IMG/VR virus record: IMGVR_UViG_3300024232_000021
Span: 1 to 44,553 of that record
DNA length: 44,553 nt
Source: a virus
Taxonomy: Duplodnaviria; Caudoviricetes
Direction: 5' to 3' (one strand)
In this document: piece by piece, positions 27,494-36,259 of the stretch
Layout: each line of letters opens with the position of its first letter
Numbering within the stretch: position 1 is the first letter of the stretch
Translations under genes and position numbers: made by a program
Notes under the pieces: model-generated
The model's database searches: none
What the model was told of the DNA's origin: nothing
What the model saw: only the letters and a program-made list of their open reading frames with translations

Positions 27494-28137
27494 GGCGAGG
27501 CCTCGACACCGTTCGACTTCGCCGGCTTCTTCGGCCGCATGATCTCGACGGTGGTGCCCTTCTTCTTCCCGGGCACGCTGACACCCTTGCCAGCGCGGAA
27601 GGCATCGGCCTGCTCGGCGGTGAGCTTGTACTCCTGGTCGTCGTCACCGATGAAGACGCCGCCCTTCCCCGTGCGCGCGGCCGTGGCATCCGGGTGCTCG
27701 TCGTCCTCGCCCTTTCCGGCCTTCCCGCGGTCGCCCTTGCGCGCCGGCGTCGTGGCCAGCTTCTTCCCCGCCGTCTTGTCGAAGAGCCCGCCCTGGCGCA
27801 CCGCAGCGGCCCGCTCCGGGTCGTTCGTGATGGTCTCGATGAGCTCGCCAGTGTCGGCGCGGAAGACGTCGATCGCGCCGTTGGCGAGCCCCGGCTTCTC
27901 GTAGACGCTGACCTCGCGCATCTCGTGGCCGGTGTCGATCTCCTTCGAGATGCGGGTGATGTCCTTGCGGATGTCCTTCACCTTCACGCGATACTCGGCC
28001 GCCTTCGCGCGCGCGGCGCCGAGCTGCGTCTCGAGCTCGATCTCCTTCTTCGAGAGCAACGGCCCTCGCTCGTTCACCTGCTGAGGGGACAGCTTGCACG
28101 GGAGCTCGCGGACGAGCCCCGACGTCTTCTTCGCCAT
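27490..28137 (-). CDS. hypothetical coiled-coil protein
   Basis: RELPCKLS...FRADTGELIE...ERAAAVRQGGLF; strong codon bias. Confidence 0.75.
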   Translation of the reverse strand: MAKKTSGLVRELPCKLSPQQVNERGPLLSKKEIELETQLGAARAKAAEYRVKVKDIRKDITRISKEIDTGHEMREVSVYEKPGLANGAIDVFRADTGELIETITNDPERAAAVRQGGLFDKTAGKKLATTPARKGDRGKAGKGEDDEHPDATAARTGKGGVFIGDDDQEYKLTAEQADAFRAGKGVSVPGKKKGTTVEIMRPKKPAKSNGVEASP

Positions 28138-28139
28138 GT

Positions 28140-29732
28140 TCAGACCTCCTGTCGTTCGTCGAATCGAATCGCGTCGTCTTCAAACCAGAACGGGAACACT
28201 CCCTCGCGCCCATTGCGCATCTTCGGGAGATGGATCTCTGCGTGGTGGCGAACCTTCGCCGCCTCGAGCGTTTGCTTATCGGCAAGCCTCTTCCACGGGC
28301 GCCGGATGTGGATGGTCGCGTCGGCGATCTGCTTGATTCCCGAGCTGCCGAAGAGGTCACCGTTGTTGGGCGCGTGGTTCGACTGCGCCGCGGCGTCCTT
28401 GTACTGAGTGAGCACTACGACCGCGACCTTCTCGTCCTTCGCGAGATCCTTCAGCGCGACGCACGTCTCGCGATACGCCTCCGCGCTCGTCCCCTCGTTG
28501 TGCGACGAGCGGTGGCTCATGAGCAGGAAGTGGTCGATGGCGACGAGGCGTAGCTGCGTGCACGTGCACGCGCGCGTCTCGTCGTTCGCGCGGCAGCGCG
28601 GACACTTCTCTTCTGCGTAACGTTCCTTCACGCTTCGAACGAGGAAGCGCAGTCCTGCCATGTCGATGCTCGACGTGTCGTCGAAGTGGATCGGCTTGTT
28701 GCGCACGGTCGCGAAGGCCGCGTCGATGCGGGCGATCTTGAAACCATCGAGATCCGCCCGCGGCTCGCCCTGCTCGTCGAGCTCCTTGCCGGAGCAGATC
28801 TCCATGTTCGTGACGTGCACGCGCCGGAGCTCGCCGGCGTCGGTCGGTCGGCAGTGGGAACCGACGTTCGCCTCGAGGAGCACGGCGCGCTGGGTCGCCT
28901 CTTCCGTCGGCATCTCGCCGCTCCAGAAGAGGACGCCGATTGGGTGCCCGTCGTAGTTGCGACCGGCCATGTGATTGACGACCTGATTGACCCAGGCGCT
29001 CTTCCCTTCACCCTCGAGCGCCGCGACGAACGTCACGGTCCCGAGCCTGAGGCCGCCCAGCGCGAAGTTGAGCCGGCGCCACGGCAGCGGCAGGCCGAAG
29101 GCCTCGCGCTTGCCCGCCCACGCATCCTGCAGCTTCTCCCTCAGCGACGCGACGGCTTCACTCGCCGACACGAGCGAACGCATCGCGCCATCGCCGGTCT
29201 CGATTGCTGCGCCGAGTCGGCGCCGCGCGTCGACGAAAAAATCTTTGGCGTCGCCGTAGTCCGACAGCGCGCCGCCGACGATGATCTCGCAAGCCTCGAT
29301 CACGCCGCGGATGCGGTGTTTCTCGCGAACGATCTTCGCGTGCGCCGACACGTGCGCGACCGCCGGCGTCGCGTCCATGATCCGCGCGAGGTAAGCGGCG
29401 CCGCCTACGACCTGCAGCATCGATGTCTCACCGTGCGGAGCGGTACCCTGCTCGAACGACATCACGTTCTTGCGCAGCTGCTCGGCGATCGTCTGCACGT
29501 CGATCGGGATGCTTCGCTCGGCGAGATCCCAAACGACCTTCGCGATTTCTAGGTTTGATCGGTTGTGGAAGTGCTCCGGCTTCAGGCCCGTCTCGAGGAC
29601 CTCGAGCATCGCGCGCTTGTTCCCCAGCATGACCGCGGAGAGCACGGCCGCCTCGGCCTCTTCGTTCGCCGGCGTCTTGCGCCCGTGCAGGGGGAAGACC
29701 GCCTTGACGATCTCGCGGATGAAGCGCGGCAT
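28140..29732 (-). CDS. dnaB: DnaB-like replicative helicase
   Basis: EAEAAVL, ALEGEGKS (Walker A), WSGEMP, AIDHFLLM, SSGIKQIAD and KMRNG. Confidence 0.9.
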   Translation of the reverse strand: MPRFIREIVKAVFPLHGRKTPANEEAEAAVLSAVMLGNKRAMLEVLETGLKPEHFHNRSNLEIAKVVWDLAERSIPIDVQTIAEQLRKNVMSFEQGTAPHGETSMLQVVGGAAYLARIMDATPAVAHVSAHAKIVREKHRIRGVIEACEIIVGGALSDYGDAKDFFVDARRRLGAAIETGDGAMRSLVSASEAVASLREKLQDAWAGKREAFGLPLPWRRLNFALGGLRLGTVTFVAALEGEGKSAWVNQVVNHMAGRNYDGHPIGVLFWSGEMPTEEATQRAVLLEANVGSHCRPTDAGELRRVHVTNMEICSGKELDEQGEPRADLDGFKIARIDAAFATVRNKPIHFDDTSSIDMAGLRFLVRSVKERYAEEKCPRCRANDETRACTCTQLRLVAIDHFLLMSHRSSHNEGTSAEAYRETCVALKDLAKDEKVAVVVLTQYKDAAAQSNHAPNNGDLFGSSGIKQIADATIHIRRPWKRLADKQTLEAAKVRHHAEIHLPKMRNGREGVFPFWFEDDAIRFDERQEV

Positions 29733-30580
29733 CAGTAGATCGCGGCCTTGTACAACTTCGGAATCGCCTGCCCACCACCACCAGGACCCGAGGGTCTCGG
29801 CTCGACCTTGCGCCGCTCACCTCGACGGCAGTCGTTGAGCACGTGCTTCACGGCGTGCTTCTCGACCGCGGCGAGCACGGACGCCGGCGTCATCTGCGGG
29901 AAGCGTGTGAGCTGCTCTCGCGCGTAGGTCACGCCCTCCATCGCCGCGATCGCCGGCGTCACGCCGTCACGTCTCGCGCAGGGCTCGGCGAGGACTGCTC
30001 GACGGATGCGAGCGGCGACGACCTCGAGGTGCGCTTCGGGGTACAGGTCGGACCCCTGGCGAAGCTCCTCGAGGACGAGGTCGTCAGGGGCCTCCGTGAC
30101 GGCCTCGTGACGGGTATCCGCGTCACGGCCGTGACGGCCCGTGACGGGGTTCGTGACGCTTTCTCGTTCCCCCTCTGCAGACTGAAAGGGGGGGGTGTCT
30201 CCCTCTCCTTCTTTCGTAGAAGGAGCAGAGAAAGAGGGATCAGAGAGAAGATCGGAGCAGCCGCGCGCGAGGCGCGGCGAAGCCGGAGCGTGACGCTCCG
30301 TGACGGCCTCGTGACGGGTATCCGCGTCACGGCCGTGACGGCCCGTGACGGGGTTCGTGACGCGCTCCGTGACGTCACGATCCGTCACGCTGGCGCGCGG
30401 GCTCAGGGTGCCTCCGGCGAGTGCCTCCTCGGCCTCCAGAGCGCGCTTCTTCCACGCAGCCAGCATGGTCTCGAGGCCCTCGATGCGGACCTTCGCGGCG
30501 ACGAGTTGCGTCTCGGCGTCCACCGCGGATGCTCGTCGCTCTCGTGCTGCGCGTGCGCGCTCGGCGTCCGTTTTTGCCAC
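29732..30580 (-). CDS. replication initiator-like protein containing the putative origin
   Basis: Upstream of dnaB; AERARAARERR N-terminus; internal VT-rich repeats. Confidence 0.55.
   Translation of the reverse strand: MAKTDAERARAARERRASAVDAETQLVAAKVRIEGLETMLAAWKKRALEAEEALAGGTLSPRASVTDRDVTERVTNPVTGRHGRDADTRHEAVTERHAPASPRLARGCSDLLSDPSFSAPSTKEGEGDTPPFQSAEGERESVTNPVTGRHGRDADTRHEAVTEAPDDLVLEELRQGSDLYPEAHLEVVAARIRRAVLAEPCARRDGVTPAIAAMEGVTYAREQLTRFPQMTPASVLAAVEKHAVKHVLNDCRRGERRKVEPRPSGPGGGGQAIPKLYKAAIY
30092..30390. repeat. 68-bp direct repeat x2 with CGTGACG iteron-like units (putative origin)
   Basis: 30092-30159 is identical to 30296-30363. About 15 CGTGAC/GTCACG units flank a lower-GC spacer. 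Confidence 0.75.
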
Positions 30581-30581
30581 G

Positions 30582-30887
30582 CTAGGGGTGCCTTTCGAGC
30601 CAGCGGGAGACGTCGAGCACGATCTCGTTCTGCGCACGGATGACGTTGGCGCCGGCGAGGGCGATGAGGTTCCGCTCGAGCAGCTCGTCGACGCCGGCGA
30701 GCATCTGCGGGGTGCGCAGCGGGGCCATCGTGTCGGCCCGTCCGGGGATGCCGAGGGTGATGAGGCCGTTCGGCCGCGCGTGACGCGCGAGCGCGGTCAG
30801 TGTCGCGAGTGCGTTCGGTGACATCTGAACGCGTTGAGTGCGAACGGGTGCAACGTGGTGCACTTGCATGCGGGCTGTCGGGCTCAC
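30582..30887 (-). CDS. hypothetical protein, possible winged helix
   Basis: GTGA-coupled to the integrase ORF stop. Confidence 0.55.
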   Translation of the reverse strand: MSPTARMQVHHVAPVRTQRVQMSPNALATLTALARHARPNGLITLGIPGRADTMAPLRTPQMLAGVDELLERNLIALAGANVIRAQNEIVLDVSRWLERHP

Positions 30888-32122
30888 GCTGCACCTCCAG
30901 CGCGGCGCAGCGCCTCGAGGGCGGGCAGAGCGTCGAGCACCAGCGTGGCGAGCTGCTCGGCCTTCTCGAGCGACGTCGTCGAGTCGGCCGCGGCGATCGC
31001 GCGGAGGACCTCGACGGCGCGATCGCCGAGCTGCGTGGTCACCGCGTGGTCACCGCCGATCGCGTTTGAAGCTGCGCGCCCAGGAAGATTCGAACTTCCG
31101 ACAACTGGTTCCGTCGTGACGCCGGCGAGCTCGAGCAGCTTCTTCAGCAGGCGCGGGATGCGACGCCGGCGAGCTCCGCGCTCCGTCGGGAAGACGAGGC
31201 CGTGCTTGTTCTTCGGGCAGTACTCCGGGAGCAGCTCGAGCCACGCGCGCGCGGCCTGCAGCGCGTGACCGAAGACCGGGAGCTTGCCGATCCGGCGCCC
31301 CTTGGGGAGCCTGCCCGGCGAGCCGAAGCGAATCGTGACGCGCGGACGCTCGACGTCGGCGCCGACGACCAGGTCGGGGAGCTCGAGGTTCCAGGCCTCG
31401 CCCGGACGGCACGCGACGCCGGCGACGAAGAGCACCATCAGGCGCGTCGCGACGAGCTCGCGCTTCACGCGCGGTGTCTCGTCGAGCTGCTCGATGTCGA
31501 GCTCGTGGACGCGCCGCTGCTCCTCGGGAGTCAGCACGGTCCACGGTTCGTGCACGACGGAGGGATCCTTCTTCGGCGGCTTCACGCCGGCGGCGGGGTT
31601 CTGGCCGATGAGCTTCTTCGCGCGCGCGTGCTCGAGCACGGCGCGGAGGAGGTTCAGCGTGTTCTTCACCGTCGAGCGCGCGCGCCGCTTCGCGAGGTCG
31701 TTTCGCCACGCGATGACGTCGTCCTCGCAGAGGAGCGCGAGCGGCTTCGTCGCGATGTCGTGCCGGAGCACGGCCTTCCACCGATACTTGTCGTCCTTCG
31801 AGCCGCCGATGCCGGCGGCGACGCGGGCGCGCATGACGCCGTCACCGATGTCGGCGAGCGTCGGGGCACCTGCAACGAGCGGCCTTGCATCGCCGGCGGC
31901 GTAGAGCACGAGCGCGGCGTCGAGCTCGTCGTGCGCCTGGTCCTCGGTGGGGAAGACGCCAAGGGACGGCCGGGCCGGATCGCACGAGCGCGGCAGGCGC
32001 GCGATGAAGCCCTTGCGGTGCGGCGCGACCGTGCCGGTCCCCGGTTCCCTTTTCTTCACCACGCGCGAGGGCTTTTCGGCACTCGCGGACATAAGAGGCT
32101 CAGGCTCTAGAACGGTCGTCAT
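30884..32122 (-). CDS. int: tyrosine integrase-like protein lacking box II (HxxR) and the catalytic Tyr; contains attP
   Basis: STVKNTLNLLRAVL..A...LI..NPA, CRPGEAWNL, PKG and LVFPT are present. After LELAGVT the frame runs into tRNA-like sequence. Confidence 0.8.
   Translation of the reverse strand: MTTVLEPEPLMSASAEKPSRVVKKREPGTGTVAPHRKGFIARLPRSCDPARPSLGVFPTEDQAHDELDAALVLYAAGDARPLVAGAPTLADIGDGVMRARVAAGIGGSKDDKYRWKAVLRHDIATKPLALLCEDDVIAWRNDLAKRRARSTVKNTLNLLRAVLEHARAKKLIGQNPAAGVKPPKKDPSVVHEPWTVLTPEEQRRVHELDIEQLDETPRVKRELVATRLMVLFVAGVACRPGEAWNLELPDLVVGADVERPRVTIRFGSPGRLPKGRRIGKLPVFGHALQAARAWLELLPEYCPKNKHGLVFPTERGARRRRIPRLLKKLLELAGVTTEPVVGSSNLPGRAASNAIGGDHAVTTQLGDRAVEVLRAIAAADSTTSLEKAEQLATLVLDALPALEALRRAGGAA
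31033..31054. repeat. GCGTGGTCACC x2, candidate integrase arm-type sites
   Basis: Tandem 11-bp repeat about 20 bp from the att core. Confidence 0.5.
31074..31114 (-). other. attP core: 3' half of tRNA-Arg (ACG or CCG)
   Basis: ACG-GA-ACCAG-TTGTC-GGAAG-TTCGAAT-CTTCC-TGGGCGC-G gives a T-arm and acceptor strand; the 5' half is absent. Confidence 0.85.
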
Positions 32123-32379
32123 CGGCTTCGTCCTCCTCCCCCGGTCACCACTGCGATCCCACGGCGTCTCAGGTTCTCTGCTGCGCGGTCGACCAGCTTC
32201 GCATCGACTGGGCCGCGCGGTCGCGGCGGCGCACGGCGCGGCGGCTTTCGAGGCCTCGTCGGCGCCGGCGCGGCGTCGTTCGCAGCCTCGCGCGCCTCGG
32301 CCTGCTGGTCCTCGTCGTCGAGGACCGCGAGCGCGGCGATGAGCAGCTCGCGCAAACGTGCGACGCCGGCGGGCCTCAT
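32119..32379 (-). CDS. hypothetical protein upstream of int (possible directionality factor)
   Basis: ATGA-coupled on both sides; basic. Confidence 0.55.
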   Translation of the reverse strand: MRPAGVARLRELLIAALAVLDDEDQQAEAREAANDAAPAPTRPRKPPRRAPPRPRGPVDAKLVDRAAENLRRRGIAVVTGGGGRSR

Positions 32380-33071
32380 GGCTCGAGGTCCTCGTCGGGC
32401 ACGGTGAGCTCGTCACCGAGCTCGTCACCGGTGTCCGGGTGATCGACGGCGAACATCCGCGCCGTCTCTTCCACCGGCGGCAACGTCACCTTCGGCACGA
32501 GGTGGAGCGCCGCCGTCGCGAGCCTGCGCAGGGGCGTGGCGTCGTCGCCGGCGAAGGCCGCGAGCTCGCGGAGCGCCTTCGGCCCGAGCCGGCGGAGCGC
32601 GCGCGACTCGATCTGCCGCACCCGCTCGCGCGTGATGTTCATCACCCGGCCAACGTCCTCGAGCGTGGCCTCCTGCCGGTCAGCGACGTCGAGCGCGCAC
32701 GTGTCCGGCATCGTCTCGAGGTCCACGTCGACCTCGCCATCAGCCGACTCGGGCTGCGGGAAGACCACCTTGATCGAGCCGTTCAGCTCGTTCACGTCGA
32801 GGGCTAGGTGGTGGTGGCAGCTCACCCACGGACACGGGCGCACGGCGTTCACGCAGTCGCCGCGGGTGCGCGGGCGCTCGTCGTCGGCCGAGGCATCCGG
32901 CGGGTAGAGCATCGTGAGACGCTTCAGCTTCCCCACGGGGAAGCGCTTCGCGTTCACCGTCTGAGCGCGGTCGGGGCGATGGCGCGCGGACCGCTCGCGG
33001 TCGTAGGCGCGCACGCGCTCGAGCTGCTCGGGCGTCATGTCCTCGCGACGCTTGAAGGCCAATACGATCAC
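32376..33071 (-). CDS. Cys/His motif plus sigma-70 region 4 DNA-binding protein
   Basis: RPRTRGDC...RPCPWVSCHHHL, then ATLEDVGRVMNITRERVRQIESRALRRL. Confidence 0.82.
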   Translation of the reverse strand: MIVLAFKRREDMTPEQLERVRAYDRERSARHRPDRAQTVNAKRFPVGKLKRLTMLYPPDASADDERPRTRGDCVNAVRPCPWVSCHHHLALDVNELNGSIKVVFPQPESADGEVDVDLETMPDTCALDVADRQEATLEDVGRVMNITRERVRQIESRALRRLGPKALRELAAFAGDDATPLRRLATAALHLVPKVTLPPVEETARMFAVDHPDTGDELGDELTVPDEDLEP

Positions 33072-34252
33072 GCCGCCGGTCGCTTCGGTTGGGTCATGGC
33101 CTTGCCGTCGAGGATGCGGCGCACGAAGTTGGCGTCCCGGTTGCGCTGCATCGCCTGCGTCGCGACGACTAAATCGGGGTGCGTGCTCAGTTCGTCGCCG
33201 GCGAAGCCCACGACAGCGAAGCGATCGCCGTCGGCGGGATCGAGCTTGGTGCCCTCCTTCGCCGGAGCCTTCCGCTTGGAGCGAGGCTTTTCGTCGTCCT
33301 CGTCTTCCTCCTCCTCGAGGTCCTCGTCGACGTCGGCGGGATCGACCTGCTCGCCGTAGAGCGGCGTGGGGATCGGCGCAGGAGGCCGGCCGGGGGTCGG
33401 AAGCGGCGTGCGCGCGTTCTCGGGCCCGAACCAGCGCGTCCTTACGCCGTTCGGTTTCTTTGCTGCCGTCGGCGCCGGCGCCGAGTCCCGCCCCTCGACG
33501 CCGTTGCCTGCAGGGGACGCTTGCGGCTCCCCCGGCGGGTCCTCGGGGAGCTTCTCTTTGCTCAGGCGCGTCGTCTCCGATGAAGCAGCGGGGCGACTCG
33601 GCCGAGCTGCACGCGCCGCATGCGGCACCTCCCTTGGTGAAGCGACGCGAGGCGCCCGCGTCGACGTGGTCTTCGTGCGCGGCCGGCGCGGTGGTGAGGG
33701 ATCCGGCGGCGGCTCGTCGTTCGACGGCGCCGGCGAGGTCGGTGCAGCGTTCGTGTCCCACGCGCTCAGCACCACCGTCTTGAAGTGCTGGCCGAGCGTC
33801 GGCGACACGTTCGCGCGATCGAAGAGCGAGTTCAGAATGAAGAGCGCACGACGGAGCAGATCGAGATCATCGTCGGAGATGAGCAGCGCGCGCGTCGCAG
33901 GCGTCGCGTCCAGCACCTGGTCGACGACGATCGGCGGCGGGGGCGGAGGCTCCTCGGCCGGTGGCGAGGCGGGGATCCGTCCGCGCGCAGGACCTCGCGG
34001 CTTCTTCTTCGTCGCACGTGCGGAGCGCTTCGGCGGCGGCGAGCTCGCGCGCGTCGCAGGCGTCGCGTCCAGCACCTGGATCGTCGTGTAGTCGCCCGTC
34101 TCGTAGGTGATGCGGCCGGTTTTCTTCAGCGCGCACAGCGCCGAGCGCGTCGGCGCGATCGCGAAGCCGGAGGCGCTCGCCATGGCTTCGATCGTGGTGG
34201 CCTTCCCCGCGCGCTTGCGGAGGTACTCGAGCAGCTTGTCGGTCTTCGTCAT
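33068..34252 (-). CDS. N-terminal winged-helix protein with Pro-rich disordered region
   Basis: KLLEYL...TIEAMA...TRSALCALKKTGRI; internal 34-bp repeat 33887-33920 = 34046-34079. Confidence 0.65.
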   Translation of the reverse strand: MTKTDKLLEYLRKRAGKATTIEAMASASGFAIAPTRSALCALKKTGRITYETGDYTTIQVLDATPATRASSPPPKRSARATKKKPRGPARGRIPASPPAEEPPPPPPIVVDQVLDATPATRALLISDDDLDLLRRALFILNSLFDRANVSPTLGQHFKTVVLSAWDTNAAPTSPAPSNDEPPPDPSPPRRPRTKTTSTRAPRVASPREVPHAARAARPSRPAASSETTRLSKEKLPEDPPGEPQASPAGNGVEGRDSAPAPTAAKKPNGVRTRWFGPENARTPLPTPGRPPAPIPTPLYGEQVDPADVDEDLEEEEDEDDEKPRSKRKAPAKEGTKLDPADGDRFAVVGFAGDELSTHPDLVVATQAMQRNRDANFVRRILDGKAMTQPKRPAA

Positions 34253-34476
34253 GTCGAAACCTCGCTCCTTCCCTCTGCAGCTGCAGCCGCGGCTTCGAGC
34301 CCGGCGCGCGCTTCTTTCAGCCGTTCGACTTCGTAGCCGGCGACGATCGCCTTCAGCTTCGTGTTGTCCTCGCGAAGCTGGTCACGTTCGTAGGTGAGGT
34401 CGCGGATCGCTCGCTCGACCACGCCGACGCGCAGGAGCACGAGCTCGACGGCGCCGCGGATCGCCTCGACGCTCAC
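34249..34476 (-). CDS. hypothetical coiled-coil protein
   Basis: GTGA and ATGA coupling to its neighbours. Confidence 0.55.
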   Translation of the reverse strand: MSVEAIRGAVELVLLRVGVVERAIRDLTYERDQLREDNTKLKAIVAGYEVERLKEARAGLEAAAAAAEGRSEVST

Positions 34477-34769
34477 GTGCGCTCCTTGCCGAGCGTGCAG
34501 GTGCTCTTCTTGTGCCCGAGGGCACCACACCGACCGCAGCGCTGCGGGCTCTCCTTGCGGTTGCGGAAGACGGAGCAGCCGCACCGCTCGACACAACAGC
34601 GGGTCGACGACTCGGCCGAGAAGGACTTCGAGCGTGCGACCTCGACGCCGTTGACGGTGATGGAGAGCGCTGACGCGCTCATCGTCGTGTAGACGTGCGC
34701 CGTCTGCCGGTGGCCGCACACGCAGGTCGCGTGACGCTCAGGCCGCGGCGGCGACATCATGGCCGTCAT
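34473..34769 (-). CDS. zinc-binding protein (CCHC knuckle)
   Basis: CVCGH...H...C..C.C and CGRCGALGHKKSTC. Confidence 0.65.
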   Translation of the reverse strand: MTAMMSPPRPERHATCVCGHRQTAHVYTTMSASALSITVNGVEVARSKSFSAESSTRCCVERCGCSVFRNRKESPQRCGRCGALGHKKSTCTLGKERT

Positions 34770-34963
34770 CAGACGAGCCCTCGGTCACGATCGAAGATCG
34801 CCTCGTGCTCGGGCCGCACCTCGACGGGCCCTTCCTCCGGCCACGAGAACGGGAAAGCGAGGACGCAGACCCCAGGCGTGAGCATGACGACCGGCAGCTT
34901 GAACCAGTCGACGACGATCGGGCGCCACTCCCCGGATGGGTTGCTGGAATGCTGAGCGCTCAT
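34769..34963 (-). CDS. hypothetical protein
   Basis: Overlapping start and stop codons with both neighbours. Confidence 0.5.
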   Translation of the reverse strand: MSAQHSSNPSGEWRPIVVDWFKLPVVMLTPGVCVLAFPFSWPEEGPVEVRPEHEAIFDRDRGLV

Positions 34964-35301
34964 CGCTCGCGCGCCTCCGCCCGCTCACGCCGGAAGCGTT
35001 CGACGACGCGCTCGAAGCTGTCCTCGTCGAGGGCGAGGAGGAGCGCGAGAGGAGCTGAGCCGCCCTGCACGTCCTCGCGACGAAGCCAGCGCATGGCCAG
35101 CGCGCGCGAGACGCCGAAGATCGCGGCGACCCACTCGTGCTTCTCGGCCCCGAAGACCTCGAGGAGCAGCTCCGCCGCGCGCTGCCGGAGGCCAAGCATC
35201 CGGAGATTGACACGTGCGCGCCCGAGCAATTGCAGGCGTTCAGTAGCAGGGGCCGCCTGATTGTCTCCGCGCGAGCGCGCCTCGAAGCGTTCGTGGTCCA
35301 T
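34960..35301 (-). CDS. HTH protein (cII-like position)
   Basis: EWVAAIFGVSRALAMRW HTH; SD GAGGGAGG. Confidence 0.6.
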   Translation of the reverse strand: MDHERFEARSRGDNQAAPATERLQLLGRARVNLRMLGLRQRAAELLLEVFGAEKHEWVAAIFGVSRALAMRWLRREDVQGGSAPLALLLALDEDSFERVVERFRRERAEARER

Positions 35302-35342
35302 CGCAGTGCCTCCCTCGGCGAGTCAGGACGAGTCGGAGCGAG

Positions 35343-35486
35343 TCAGTTCAGGGGCGAAGCGAACGGCGAGCGGTCCCCCGCGACCTTGTCGGCCAGGCGG
35401 AAGAGGACGAGCGCGATGCTCAGGCGCACCACGTCGACGGCGACGCGCGCGGTCTCGAGCCAGCCGCGGGGCGGGATGTTCCACAT
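35343..35486 (-). CDS. small hypothetical protein (47 aa), not in the ORF track
   Basis: ATG 2 nt after the cro stop; MWNIPPRGWLETARVAVDVVRLSIALVLFRL. Confidence 0.5.
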   Translation of the reverse strand: MWNIPPRGWLETARVAVDVVRLSIALVLFRLADKVAGDRSPFASPLN

Positions 35487-35488
35487 GG

Positions 35489-35692
35489 TCAGGCGACCGC
35501 GGACTCGAGCTCTGGGAACGCCGCGACGATCTTCCGGAGCACCCGAGGGCTTGGATCGTTCGTCTTCAGCTCGAGACGAGCGAGTGTCGCGAGTGAGATG
35601 TCGAGCTGAACCGCGAGCTGTTCGCGATTCAGGCCCTTCTCTTCGCGCAGGGCGCGGAGACGGTCACCGAACTTGGGCGGTCGTTTTGCCAT
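35489..35692 (-). CDS. Cro-like XRE HTH regulator
   Basis: FGDRLRALREEKGLNREQLAVQLDISLATLARLE; divergent from the repressor. Confidence 0.85.
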   Translation of the reverse strand: MAKRPPKFGDRLRALREEKGLNREQLAVQLDISLATLARLELKTNDPSPRVLRKIVAAFPELESAVA

Positions 35693-35701
35693 GGTTCGGC
35701 A

Positions 35702-35730
35702 ACGCTAGGACATCACGAATGATACGTCAA
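35702..35730 (-). promoter_or_regulatory. leftward sigma70-type promoter
   Basis: TTGACG-N17-TAGCGT, 9 nt upstream of the cro ATG. Confidence 0.8.
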
Positions 35731-35749
35731 CGAGACATCGGAGACGTGC

Positions 35750-36259
35750 ATGTTCTCTGAGGGCGGCCGCGGGTACACCGAAGGCGTGGGCAGCGAGCAA
35801 GAGGAACGCGGCGATCGCATCCGCGCCGCTCGCAAGAAGCGGAACTGGTCTCAGGCGAAGCTCGCCCACGTCGTGGGCTGCAGTCACCCGACGATCGGCC
35901 GCATCGAGCGCGGGGAAACCGACGAGCCGCGAACGCTCACCAAGATCCTGAGAGCCCTCGAGCTCCCGATCGACCCACCTCCAGGGGTGGACCTCGCAAC
36001 CGGAACGGCAGTTGCGTCGACTTCCATGATGGGGATCATGACGGGTGCGCAAACTGGCGTTGAGGAATACGAGCGCGAGCGGGCTCGAAACGAGATGGTG
36101 AATCTTGCCGTCGACAACGACGACCCGCAGGAAGTGGTGAAGGCGCTCCGGACGGCGACGCCGCCGGCGGGGGCGCGTTATGCGTGGTGGGCCAACCACT
36201 ACCGTCGTCTTCTGGAGACGCACCGGCCGGCGCCCGAGCAACGGAGGGGGAGGGGATGA
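35750..36259 (+). CDS. CI-like XRE repressor (no S24 peptidase domain evident)
   Basis: GDRIRAARKKRNWSQAKLAHVVGCSHPTIGRIERGE. Confidence 0.8.
   Translation: MFSEGGRGYTEGVGSEQEERGDRIRAARKKRNWSQAKLAHVVGCSHPTIGRIERGETDEPRTLTKILRALELPIDPPPGVDLATGTAVASTSMMGIMTGAQTGVEEYERERARNEMVNLAVDNDDPQEVVKALRTATPPAGARYAWWANHYRRLLETHRPAPEQRRGRG

Noticed and set aside
31074-31150. Complete tRNA gene
   Set aside because: Only the anticodon loop to acceptor 3' strand is present; upstream is integrase coding sequence with no D-arm or matching acceptor 5' strand.
32406-32429. GAGCTCGTCACC x2 as integrase arm sites
   Set aside because: It lies 1.3 kb from the att core and is explained by the coding repeat GDELGDEL.
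33887-34079. 34-bp direct repeat as an att or regulatory site
   Set aside because: Both copies are in frame (QVLDATPATRA) within a disordered protein, so a simple intragenic duplication explains it.
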